A stretch of DNA of 64,000 bases from Leptospiria bacterium. Its GTDB lineage: Bacteria; Spirochaetota; Leptospiria; Turneriellales; CBDBES01. The stretch spans positions 353,240 through 417,239 of the forward strand of contig OZ253494.1 in the NCBI GenBank assembly GCA_965262015.1, written 5' to 3'. The notes below the pieces were generated by a model that saw only the letters and a program-made list of their open reading frames with translations, searched no databases and was not told the origin of the DNA. Both the position numbers and the translations under genes were made by a program. Positions 37,887 to 46,862 of this stretch are shown here, piece by piece; position 1 is the stretch's first letter; every line of letters starts with the position of its first letter.

Positions 37887-38657
37887 GTGTCTCTTACAGA
37901 AAAACAAATAAAAAAAATTATTCAATCAACTTTAAAAACTATTTATTCCTATAATTTAATTGAGGAAAATGATAGGATTATGATCGCTGTTTCTGGAGGT
38001 AAGGACTCCATGAGTCTCTTATATATCTTGCGTGAACTTCAGAAAAAAATGCCCATAAAATTTGAAATCTTTGCTTATACATTAGACCAAGCACAGCCTA
38101 ATTTTGATGCTAGTGAACTAGAAAATTTTTATCAACAAATAGGCATAGAATACTATATTGAGACATATGACACATACTCTGTTGTTATTGATAAAACAGC
38201 ACCAAATAAAACATATTGTTCTTTATGTTCTAGGTTACGTAGAGGCATTCTATATACTAAAAAAAATGAGTATAAGGCAAACAAATTAGCTTTAGGACAT
38301 CATGCTGATGACGCCATTGAAACTTTAATTCTTAATCTTTTTTATTCTGGACGTATCGCTGCCATGGCTCCAAAACTTTTAAGTGATGATAAGCAACATA
38401 TTGTTATTAGGCCTTTGATTGAACTGGATGAAGAGCAATGTGCAACATTATCAACCCATTTTGCTTTCCCTATTATACCCTGTAATTTATGTAATAACCA
38501 GGCTAATTTAGAACGCCAAAGAATTAAATCATGGATTCAAGATGAAAAAAATCATAATCCAGTTATCACTGCTTCTCTTAAGTCAGCAATGAAAAAAGTA
38601 GAACGCAGACATTTGTGGGAAGCGGATTACCTTACAGAACTACATAATGCGACATAA
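37887..38657 (+). CDS. ttcA: tRNA 2-thiocytidine biosynthesis protein TtcA (PP-loop ATPase)
   Basis: 'IAVSGGKDSMSLL' PP-loop, 'CSLCSRLRRGILY', 'LALGHHADDAIETL', 'PCNLC'. Confidence 0.85.
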   Translation: MSLTEKQIKKIIQSTLKTIYSYNLIEENDRIMIAVSGGKDSMSLLYILRELQKKMPIKFEIFAYTLDQAQPNFDASELENFYQQIGIEYYIETYDTYSVVIDKTAPNKTYCSLCSRLRRGILYTKKNEYKANKLALGHHADDAIETLILNLFYSGRIAAMAPKLLSDDKQHIVIRPLIELDEEQCATLSTHFAFPIIPCNLCNNQANLERQRIKSWIQDEKNHNPVITASLKSAMKKVERRHLWEADYLTELHNAT

Positions 38658-38693
38658 TATATCTTATGGGAAGTTGTACTGATTACTTACTAT

Positions 38694-40718
38694 TCACTTT
38701 GATGCATATTTTTCTATAATATCTAGATTACTAGACATCACTTGAATTAGATCATAATCTTTAGGAGTATAAATAGCTACAATACCTAGTTTTTTTAGAA
38801 AACTAAAATCAGATTCTGGTATAATACCTCCTAGGATGACAGGAATATTATTAAAAGCATTATAATTTTTTAGCTCTTTTATGATTTGTTCAGTGATCTC
38901 TTTGTGAGAGCCAGATAAAATAGATAAGGCTAGGATATTGGCATTTTCTTCTATGGTAGACTGAATAATTTCTTCACATGATAACCTGATACCAGCATAA
39001 ATTACATTAAAGCCACAATGTTTAGCTGCTACTGCCACCATTTCAGCACCATTAGAATGTCCGTCTAAGCCAGGTTTTGCTATTAAGAATCTAGGTCGGT
39101 ATCCATAAGTCTCTTTAAAAGCATTTACTCGTTTTTGTAATTCTATAAGCTTTGTTGAATCTTTTAGATGTATTTTTTGGCCTTCTATACCTGTTGGAGG
39201 CCTATATTCACCAAATACCTTCTTAAGAGTTTTTGTCCACTCGCCCGTAGTAGCTAAGCTACGAGCACATTCAATTGAATAAGGAACTAAATTATCTTTA
39301 TTTCTAGCTGCTTTTTCTAAGGCTTGAAGAGACTTCTCTACCCTATTATTATCTCTCACTTTATAGGTCTTTTCTAATAGTAGTAAAGTTTCTTTAATCT
39401 CTTTGTTGTTAATTTTAAAGATACCTTGATCATTACCTTCAAGCATAGGTGAAGGTAAACTATCTTGATAAAGATTTCTACCAACAACAACGGATTCTCC
39501 CGACATAATTCTAGCCATTCTATCAGATTGACTCTTTACCAAAGCACTTTTCATTGTACCATTAATAATAGATGGGATAACACCACCAGCGTCTATTATA
39601 CGCTTAATCTCTTGATTGGCATTTTTTTTCAATTCATTGACCTTGGATTCAATAACATATGAACCATCAAAAATATCTGGATAATCTAATATATCTGTTT
39701 CATAAGCTAGTATTTGTTGCATCCTTAAGCTCCATTGTTGATCCCATGGGCGGGGTAAAGATAGTGCTTCATTCCATGTAGGTAATTGTAGTGCTCTACA
39801 TCTAGCGTTACGAGATAAAGTTACTCCCAGTGCCTCTATTAAAATACGCCAAACATTATTTTCAGGTTGCTCTTCAGTAAGACCTAAAGAATTTACCTGC
39901 ACACCATAGCGAAAACGACGGTATTTTGGATTTTTTACTTTGTAGCGTGTTTTTGTAATTTCATCCCATAAATCAACAAAGGCACGCATTTTACACATTT
40001 CTTCTACAAAATGCAAGCCAGAATTGACAAAGAAGGAAATTCTTCCTACACATTGTTCAAATTCTTCCTCTGAAAAACAACCACGCTCTATAATTAAGTC
40101 TAAAGTTTGTATGGCTGTTGCAAGAGAAAAGGACAGTTCTTGATTTGGAGTAGCACCAGCTTCTTGAAGATGATACGAACAGATATTAGATGGATTCCAA
40201 TGAGGCATATTTAATAGACAATATTCATACATGTCCACAATAAGATTAAATGACGTTTGTGGTTCAAAAATATATGTACCACGTGCCAGATATTCCTTAC
40301 TAATGTCGTTTTGAGTGGTACCACGCAATAAAGCCACTGGAATATTTTTTTTCTCTGCTAAAGCAATGTACAAGGACATAAGCCACATGGCAGTTCCATT
40401 AATTGTCATGGAAGTATTCATGTTATCCATAGATATTTTATCGAATAGGATATCCATATCCATCAAACTATTGATTGGTACACCAACCTTACCTACTTCA
40501 GGTAAGGCAATAGGATGATCAGAGCTATAACCACATTGGGTTGGTAGATCAAAAGCAATGGACAATCCAGTTTGTCCATTGCTTAAATTAGTTTTAAAAA
40601 GTTGGTTAGTTTCTTTAGCGTTTGTATGACCACCATAAGTCCTAAAAATCCAAGGAGGATCAGCAATAATAGTTTTTTCTTTTTTGTCGTAAAGACAGTG
40701 TGCTTTTTTAAGAATCAA
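38694..40718 (-). CDS. B12-dependent acyl-CoA mutase, single-chain (catalytic barrel + C-terminal cobalamin-binding domain)
   Basis: 'PPWIFRTYGGHTNAKETN', 'GQTGLSIAFDLPTQCGY', 'TSMTINGTA', 'GTTQNDISKEYLARGTYIF', 'CSYHLQEAGATP'. C-terminal 'LIAKPGLDGHSNGAEMVA' carries the DxHxxG B12 motif. The track ORF reaches 40781 but would overlap the upstream gene by 74 nt; an in-frame TTG at 40718 preceded by GGAG is the more plausible start. Confidence 0.9.
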   Translation of the reverse strand: MILKKAHCLYDKKEKTIIADPPWIFRTYGGHTNAKETNQLFKTNLSNGQTGLSIAFDLPTQCGYSSDHPIALPEVGKVGVPINSLMDMDILFDKISMDNMNTSMTINGTAMWLMSLYIALAEKKNIPVALLRGTTQNDISKEYLARGTYIFEPQTSFNLIVDMYEYCLLNMPHWNPSNICSYHLQEAGATPNQELSFSLATAIQTLDLIIERGCFSEEEFEQCVGRISFFVNSGLHFVEEMCKMRAFVDLWDEITKTRYKVKNPKYRRFRYGVQVNSLGLTEEQPENNVWRILIEALGVTLSRNARCRALQLPTWNEALSLPRPWDQQWSLRMQQILAYETDILDYPDIFDGSYVIESKVNELKKNANQEIKRIIDAGGVIPSIINGTMKSALVKSQSDRMARIMSGESVVVGRNLYQDSLPSPMLEGNDQGIFKINNKEIKETLLLLEKTYKVRDNNRVEKSLQALEKAARNKDNLVPYSIECARSLATTGEWTKTLKKVFGEYRPPTGIEGQKIHLKDSTKLIELQKRVNAFKETYGYRPRFLIAKPGLDGHSNGAEMVAVAAKHCGFNVIYAGIRLSCEEIIQSTIEENANILALSILSGSHKEITEQIIKELKNYNAFNNIPVILGGIIPESDFSFLKKLGIVAIYTPKDYDLIQVMSSNLDIIEKYASK

Positions 40719-41175
40719 ATGGGGAAAGTTCTCCAGGATTACGTAACATTTTATTAACTGCATCAAGATGTTTTTCTTCACTATAAATCATCTCTCTAGC
40801 ATATTCTTCTAAGATAACGGATTTATTACAAACTATTTCTAATAGCTCATAATAACTTTGTAAAACACTTTTCTCATGCCCCAAGCTTTCCCTCAGAATA
40901 TCACCAATATCATGCTTTTCTGTCTCTAACAAAGAACCTATTTTTAGGGAAGGATGCCCACCTAACATAGTCACTAATTCTCCCGCCTTATGTGCATGTA
41001 ATAGGCTTTCCTCGGCATTACTTTTTAGCCAACTTACAATAGGAATTCTATTATATCCATAAACCATAATAGAATAATGCGTATATCTTACTACTCCTGC
41101 CAATTCTAGTTCCATAATAGCATTTAAAACACGAATAACTTTTTCTTTAATGTCTGCAGAAACATTTTTATACAT
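40708..41175 (-). CDS. bfr: bacterioferritin-like (ferritin-like di-iron four-helix bundle) protein
   Basis: 155 aa. 'LNAIMELELAGVVRYTHYS', 'NAEESLLHAHKAGELV', 'ESLGHEKSVLQSY', 'REMIYSEEKHLDAVNKML' give E...ExxH di-iron-like spacing as in bacterioferritins. Confidence 0.7.
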   Translation of the reverse strand: MYKNVSADIKEKVIRVLNAIMELELAGVVRYTHYSIMVYGYNRIPIVSWLKSNAEESLLHAHKAGELVTMLGGHPSLKIGSLLETEKHDIGDILRESLGHEKSVLQSYYELLEIVCNKSVILEEYAREMIYSEEKHLDAVNKMLRNPGELSPFDS

Positions 41176-41517
41176 AGTTCTACGACTATTGGGACAATGA
41201 CATAATATGTAAAGATATATTTTTTATAGACATGTGAAACCCTGTGGAAAGTCAGCACCGGATTTGATTTTCCAATATCTGATTATAGTATGAATAAAAA
41301 CATTTAAATATGTTTTGCTTAGTTAAGAAAATTAATTTAGTTTATATTTTATAATAATTGCTTAAAGTAGCTTGTATGAGAAATATTTTTGTGTTGTCCT
41401 TTATAGTCAAATTTATTATAATATCTTATACAATTGGTTCATCTTGTGTTAACTCATGTAAACTATTTTATGTTTGTTGAGTCTCTTTCAATCTTATCTA
41501 TTAATTATCATCTCAAC

Positions 41518-42504
41518 TTATTTTTTAAGATAGTTACCTCTTCTATGTTTATAGTGTTCTGAAAGACTTTTGAGTATAGAGATATAACTACTAAAACGCC
41601 ATTGAGGAATAATATCATCCTGGACAAGTTGTTGTATACTGCAAACAGGTTCTTTATAATGTACACAATTATCAAATTTACATTGATCCGTAATAATTTC
41701 AATAAAACCATTTTGTACTGACTGATAATTTCTATGGTATAAACCAAACTCTCTTAGACCAGGAGCATCTATGATCTCTACCCCACAGTCTAAAGAGAAT
41801 AAAATTGGATTGGTAGTTGTATGTTTACCTTGTAGACTACGAGCACTGACCATCTGTGTAGTTTGTACATCAGAACCAACTAATAGATTTAAAAATGTAC
41901 TTTTCCCTGCCCCAGATTGGCCTATAATAAGATTTCTACTAGGTTTTGAAAGAATATTTGATGATAATTCCAATGATATATGATCTACAAATTTCTCCTT
42001 GTATACATTATAACCTAACTTATTCAGGTAATCAATTTGGTGTAAGAGTTGCTTATGGCTGGGATTATTGGTATCATATAAATCTATTTTATTAACAATC
42101 AAGATAATATTAATGGATGATAGTTCTGCCTCAGCAATGACTCGGTTAATGAATCCAATAGAACCAGGTGGTTCTGCTAGGCTTATAATAAAATAGATAG
42201 TATCAAGGTTGGCAGCCAGTATTTGTATTGCATGGAAACTAGCTCTTTGATAACTATTAATACGAGGTTGTATATGAACAATATATACTTCTGTATCTTC
42301 CGTAATATGATTATTATTGATTTTAGCGAGTACATTATCACCTACAGAAATTATATTACTTTTAAATTTTACCACAGAAGAATTGTTTGTTTTAGGTCGT
42401 AAACCACCAGTTAGTCGAGCATGTAATCTAGAATATGGGTTGTCTATGGGATTGATTATATAATAGGCACCATAGATACCAGTAACAAATGCCTGAAAGA
42501 TCAT
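41518..42504 (-). CDS. rsgA: ribosome small-subunit biogenesis GTPase RsgA (YjeQ)
   Basis: Circularly permuted GTPase: 'LIVNKIDL' (G4) precedes 'GQSGAGKSTFLNLL' (G1). 'DAPGLREF', and a C-terminal Zn knuckle 'CKFDNCVHYKEPVCSI'. Confidence 0.85.
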   Translation of the reverse strand: MIFQAFVTGIYGAYYIINPIDNPYSRLHARLTGGLRPKTNNSSVVKFKSNIISVGDNVLAKINNNHITEDTEVYIVHIQPRINSYQRASFHAIQILAANLDTIYFIISLAEPPGSIGFINRVIAEAELSSINIILIVNKIDLYDTNNPSHKQLLHQIDYLNKLGYNVYKEKFVDHISLELSSNILSKPSRNLIIGQSGAGKSTFLNLLVGSDVQTTQMVSARSLQGKHTTTNPILFSLDCGVEIIDAPGLREFGLYHRNYQSVQNGFIEIITDQCKFDNCVHYKEPVCSIQQLVQDDIIPQWRFSSYISILKSLSEHYKHRRGNYLKK

Positions 42505-42528
42505 GTCTTATGATATAGGTAATGTAAT

Positions 42529-43191
42529 TTATAACAATTTAAAGACTGCTTCAAAAAATAATTTTCCAAATAAACACTGGGTTATATGTTGATCACAATT
42601 TGCTAACATAGCTCTTTCGGGATGTGGCATGATACCTAAAATTTTACCTGACTGGCTCATTATTCCCGCTATATCATGTACTGAACCATTTGGATTATTC
42701 TTATATTGGAATAAGATTTGTCTATTGTCTAGAATAGATTTTAATTGATCGCTTGTACATAGAAAATTACCATGAGAATGAGAAATTGGTAAAAAAAACT
42801 CTGCTGGTAAATGTAATAGATTATTATAGGGTGTTGTAAGTTCTACCCAGTGGCAAATATGATTTAAATAAGAATTTTGTATTAAAATACCAGGCAAAAA
42901 TGCAGCTTCAGTTAATATCTGAAAACCATTACAAATGCCTATAATGATTTTACCATTTTCTTGTACTTTTTTTAGTGATTGTATAGATGGAGCAATTTTT
43001 GCTATGGCCCCACTACGGATATAATCTCCATAAGAGAATCCTCCAGGTAAAAAGTAAATATCATAAGAATCAGTAAAGTATTCTGTATGCCAAAGAAAAG
43101 TAATATCACAGGGAAAATATTGTTTTAAAGCCTGCTCTAGATCCTTATCACAGTTTGTACCAGGGAAAACCATGATCGCTATCTTAACCAT
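42529..43191 (-). CDS. purQ: phosphoribosylformylglycinamidine synthase, glutaminase subunit
   Basis: 'FPGTNCDKD', 'LPGGFSYGDYIRSGAIA', 'GICNGFQILTE' (catalytic Cys), 'MPHPER'. Confidence 0.9.
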   Translation of the reverse strand: MVKIAIMVFPGTNCDKDLEQALKQYFPCDITFLWHTEYFTDSYDIYFLPGGFSYGDYIRSGAIAKIAPSIQSLKKVQENGKIIIGICNGFQILTEAAFLPGILIQNSYLNHICHWVELTTPYNNLLHLPAEFFLPISHSHGNFLCTSDQLKSILDNRQILFQYKNNPNGSVHDIAGIMSQSGKILGIMPHPERAMLANCDQHITQCLFGKLFFEAVFKLL

Positions 43192-43457
43192 TATTCCACG
43201 GCTTTTAGATTAATATCATATAACTCTATAACAGGATTACATAATAAAAGATCTACAATCTCATGTATTTTTTTTAAAGCTTCTTCTCGATTGAAAGCTT
43301 CTAAACTAAGTTCAATAGATTTACCAATCCGTATATCCAGTATGTTCTTATAATTATGACTATGGAGTGCCAGTAAGGCTGCCTGACCTTGTGGTTCTAA
43401 CACAGATTTTTTATATCTAACAGTAACAATCGCCTTATAAGGTAATTTTTTTAGCAT
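43191..43457 (-). CDS. purS: phosphoribosylformylglycinamidine synthase subunit PurS
   Basis: 88 aa. 'VTVRYKKSVLEPQGQAALLALHSHNYKNILDIRIGKSIELSLEA'. Overlaps the purQ start by 1 nt. Confidence 0.8.
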   Translation of the reverse strand: MLKKLPYKAIVTVRYKKSVLEPQGQAALLALHSHNYKNILDIRIGKSIELSLEAFNREEALKKIHEIVDLLLCNPVIELYDINLKAVE

Positions 43458-43478
43458 AGAATGTTAGACCATACCAAG

Positions 43479-44357
43479 TTAGTAAATTTTTAAAATCATC
43501 TCTTGAAGCTCTTTATACACAGCTTGTGTCTTATATATAATATTAGGTGGCAGTTCTACCTTGCTATCTAACTTGATCGAATTATTTTCCATTTCTAAAT
43601 AATCTCTTATGATTTGTTTATCTAATGAAGGTAGATTAGTTTGATTTTTAATAGAGGATTGATAATCGTGTATATAGCAAAATCGTGAAGAATCTGGAGT
43701 AAAAATTTCATCAATTAATATAATCTGAGATTCATGTATACCATACTCTATTTTAGTATCCAAAAGTACTATACCATGTTCGTATAGTTTGTCATAGCCA
43801 AATTGATAAATTTGTAGACTATAATCACGTAATTGTTGTGATAAATTCCTTCCTATGAGATTCTCCATTTTAGAAAAAGAAATAATTTTGTCCTTACCAG
43901 TATCATTTTTGGTAGTTGGTGTAAAAATGGGTTGAGTAAATTTATCAGCATATTTTAAATTAGTTTTAGAAGATAGACCAAAAATTTTACCTGTATTTTT
44001 ATAGTCTTTGTAAGCTGAACCAAGGAGATAACCACGTACAATACACTCAATATCAATACGTTTTGCTTTTTTTACCCATACACTTCTATTGGAATAACTT
44101 TGTATATCACAAAATGGTTTAGGAAACTTCTTATGATTAGTTTCAATAATATGATTGGGCAGTATGTTAATCAGAGAAAGCCAATGATTAGAAATCTGGG
44201 TAAGAATCTCACCTTTCCCTGGTATAATATTATTTAAAATAACATCAAAAGCAGATACACGATCAGTCGCTAACAAAATCATTGTATCACCTAGATCATA
44301 TATATCTCTGACCTTGCCTCGGTAGGAAGGTTGTACTACATTATTGCTATTATGCAT
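43479..44357 (-). CDS. purC: SAICAR synthetase
   Basis: 'YRGKVRDIYDLGDTMILLATDRVSAFD', 'ECIVRGYLLGS', 'GIVLLDTKIEYG', 'DEIFTPDSSRF'. Confidence 0.9.
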   Translation of the reverse strand: MHNSNNVVQPSYRGKVRDIYDLGDTMILLATDRVSAFDVILNNIIPGKGEILTQISNHWLSLINILPNHIIETNHKKFPKPFCDIQSYSNRSVWVKKAKRIDIECIVRGYLLGSAYKDYKNTGKIFGLSSKTNLKYADKFTQPIFTPTTKNDTGKDKIISFSKMENLIGRNLSQQLRDYSLQIYQFGYDKLYEHGIVLLDTKIEYGIHESQIILIDEIFTPDSSRFCYIHDYQSSIKNQTNLPSLDKQIIRDYLEMENNSIKLDSKVELPPNIIYKTQAVYKELQEMILKIY

Positions 44358-44385
44358 TGTCTACCTATCTATGATAGTTAAAAAA

Positions 44386-46845
44386 TTATTTTAATAAACA
44401 AGAAACTAATTTTTCATTTTCATGCTCATTTGTTTCTAAGGCGATGGCCAAACCATGTTGTTTCTGTATTCTTTGTAATTGTCTAGCAACACCTGGCTCA
44501 TCATGCAGATACCCAACCCAAGAACCTGCTTTCACCTGACCAACAATACGGATATATACTACCCCAGTGATAGCAATTTGTATTGGTTTATCATGAGGAT
44601 CAGTGGTATGATCCATATCTTTTTTATATGGACTACTTAATAATAATGATGGTTTCTTGATAAGTATACCAATACAAGAATCATGATTATTAGCTAATTT
44701 ATGTACATAACCATCTTCATTTAATGTCAGTAAATCCCCTTCTGCAAAAGCAGATGTGCTATATCGTTTCCACAGAATAGCAATGGAACAACCATATGTA
44801 ATAGTAACATGATGATTAAATAAAGAGCTTCCATCAACCATAAGAGATTTGCCAGAGCCATGTAGACCATCAATCTCATTAGCAAGATGTAGAGCATGTG
44901 TCTTCTCTGATAGCAAAACACATGCATGTGCCTCTTTTGAAATAGAAATAAAACTATTTTGCTGGTTAGATGAAGCAAATAAAGCAGGCTCACATTTACT
45001 TGTCATAACTACTCCCCCTATGAAGCCAGCACTAATTCCTTGTTCATTACTTACCGAAAAAGGTAACTTAGATACATTAGATATTGTATAGGGTACATTA
45101 CAAACTAGATCATGACTAGCAGTAATATTTAGATAACCACTGTGATCATTTAAATCATGTTGTTTATTTGCATAAGGGTGTTCATGTTCTAGTGGATATC
45201 TAGAATCTTCTAACCGTGGATCATCTGCCTGCACAGCTAACTCAGATTTCTTTTTACCTTGAGGTGCAAAACGTACTATCCCATGCTTTATTTCGGTTGC
45301 AGGCTTTAAACGACTATCATTAGATTGTAAAGCCTTCAGAGATATTTCTTCATTATCAATAGCAAACTGTACTCTACCCTTTGTTATTTCGTTTCCTTCA
45401 TTCAATCGTGGATCATCTGCTTGCAAAGCTTTATTAGGTCCAACTTCATTATGTTGGGCAAGTTGCACAATACCACACCACGCTATATTAGCAGTACGAA
45501 GACGTTGATCATTAGATTGTAAAACATGTCCCTGCTTGGCAACACCATCAGAAGCAAGTTGTACAATACCTGGATATTTAGTTGTTGCCAGTTGCAAGCG
45601 AGCATCATTACTTTGGATAGCTAACAAGGCTCCATTGTCTCCATCTTTGGCAAAACGCATTATCCCTTCTGCTTTAGTGGTAGCATGTTGTAAGCGAGTA
45701 TCTGTAGATTCCACTACGGTACCTGGACTAATCGCACAATCCCTAGCTATTTTTACAATACCCATACTTTTATAACTGGCAGGATGCAATCTAGAATCAT
45801 TACTCTGCAAGGCTATATCGGGTTGACTCATGCCATCCTGAGCTAATTGAACTATTCCTGGATATTCAGTTGTGGCATGTCTCAGTCTAGCATCATTTGC
45901 CTGTACAGCTTTTAGGGGAGACACTTCATTAGATGTTGCCAAACGTACAGTCCCTGGAACTACTTCACTGGCATGATTCATTTCTTGAAAGCCGAATTTA
46001 TTCAATTTATACGTTTGCATGACTTGGTTAGCTGCTACTGTAAAAATCTCAATTTCTAATATTTTACACATATAATTTTTAGAATTCTCTGGCTTAGAAA
46101 ATAATAATCTACCATAACGAGCCAATATAGGGCTAAAATGCCAAAAATATTTTGAAGATGCCGAAGCCCATAGCTGGCTCTCAGATAAAATTGATTGCCA
46201 TACTGTTCCATCATTTGACAATTCTAGTTGAAAAGTTTCGGGGAAATAGGTTATTTCTTCATGGATAGAGTGTAAACAAATAGCAACACAATAATACGAC
46301 ATCTGTAGATCAAATGTAAGATATTCAGCTGATAAAGTAGAATTAGGTAAAGAAGCCCAACCGTAGTCTAACCTTTGATCAATGAGATTTTCAGGTACCC
46401 ACAATCTGTTATAATTACTAGAGCTTTGTAATGTTAATGGACACTCTGTGGTCACAATACCATTGCTAATACAAAACTTTTTGATTATCTCTTTTGACGT
46501 GGCAAAAAAAACTATTTGAATTTTACGTGCCTTAGTTAAAGGTAAAAATAAATTGATGGTGCTATCAGATTTAAAGGTTTGAACAATGAATAACTTTTCC
46601 CAATAGCCTTCTTTTAACATGAAAAAAAGAGAAAATTCTAGTAAGCAATCAATATTAAAATCAAATGTGATTTTATTAAATGCAGATAACTCTTGCAAGG
46701 TAATTTCTATATTACCCATCTGGCGACTAGATAAATCATAACTACATAAAAACTGATTATTCTTTATTTTAGCATCACCTTTACTAGACGTACCTTGAGT
46801 TATTACGATAGGATTAGGTTGAGTAATATTAATAAGGTTATACAT
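44386..46845 (-). CDS. signal-less protein with discoidin (F5/8 type C)-like domains and tail-fibre-like repeats (819 aa)
   Basis: Residues ~140-270 ('LDYGWASL...YLTFDL...FQLELSNDGTVWQSI...ARYGRLLF...ILEIEIF') fit an F5/8 type C jelly-roll. Residues 298-553 are 8 repeats of 32 aa ('GIVQLA...LQSNDxRL..ATT'). 'DDPRLEDSRYPLEHEHPYA' follows. The C-terminus 'IQIAITGVVYIRIVGQVKAGSWVG' resembles the ends of phage fibre/spike proteins. No N-terminal hydrophobic segment. Confidence 0.6.
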   Translation of the reverse strand: MYNLINITQPNPIVITQGTSSKGDAKIKNNQFLCSYDLSSRQMGNIEITLQELSAFNKITFDFNIDCLLEFSLFFMLKEGYWEKLFIVQTFKSDSTINLFLPLTKARKIQIVFFATSKEIIKKFCISNGIVTTECPLTLQSSSNYNRLWVPENLIDQRLDYGWASLPNSTLSAEYLTFDLQMSYYCVAICLHSIHEEITYFPETFQLELSNDGTVWQSILSESQLWASASSKYFWHFSPILARYGRLLFSKPENSKNYMCKILEIEIFTVAANQVMQTYKLNKFGFQEMNHASEVVPGTVRLATSNEVSPLKAVQANDARLRHATTEYPGIVQLAQDGMSQPDIALQSNDSRLHPASYKSMGIVKIARDCAISPGTVVESTDTRLQHATTKAEGIMRFAKDGDNGALLAIQSNDARLQLATTKYPGIVQLASDGVAKQGHVLQSNDQRLRTANIAWCGIVQLAQHNEVGPNKALQADDPRLNEGNEITKGRVQFAIDNEEISLKALQSNDSRLKPATEIKHGIVRFAPQGKKKSELAVQADDPRLEDSRYPLEHEHPYANKQHDLNDHSGYLNITASHDLVCNVPYTISNVSKLPFSVSNEQGISAGFIGGVVMTSKCEPALFASSNQQNSFISISKEAHACVLLSEKTHALHLANEIDGLHGSGKSLMVDGSSLFNHHVTITYGCSIAILWKRYSTSAFAEGDLLTLNEDGYVHKLANNHDSCIGILIKKPSLLLSSPYKKDMDHTTDPHDKPIQIAITGVVYIRIVGQVKAGSWVGYLHDEPGVARQLQRIQKQHGLAIALETNEHENEKLVSCLLK
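45187..45954 (-). repeat. 8 tandem 96-bp (32-aa) coding repeats, diverged, exact period
   Basis: The 'G-(I/T/R)-(V/M)-x-(L/F/I)-A' motif recurs at residues 298, 330, 362, 394, 426, 458, 490 and 522 of the 819-aa protein. Confidence 0.8.
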
Positions 46846-46862
46846 AAGTAGATAGTTTCATG

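Noticed and set aside
40719-40781. N-terminal extension of the mutase ORF (track start at 40781)
   Set aside because: It would overlap the upstream ferritin-like gene by 74 nt and adds a non-conserved hydrophobic leader. An in-frame TTG at 40718 with an upstream GGAG gives a conventional short overlap. This remains uncertain without alignment.
41250-41275. 'GGAAAGTCAGCACCGGATTTGA' as a solo IS30-like inverted repeat
   Set aside because: It shares only the first 8-9 nt ('GAAAGTCA') with the IS ends, and the remainder does not align.
41340-41370. Fur/PerR-box-like AT-rich stretch ('TTTTATAATAATTGC') upstream of the bacterioferritin-like gene
   Set aside because: It is about 170 nt from the start codon, has no clear 19-bp dyad, and this genome is so AT-rich that such strings are expected by chance.
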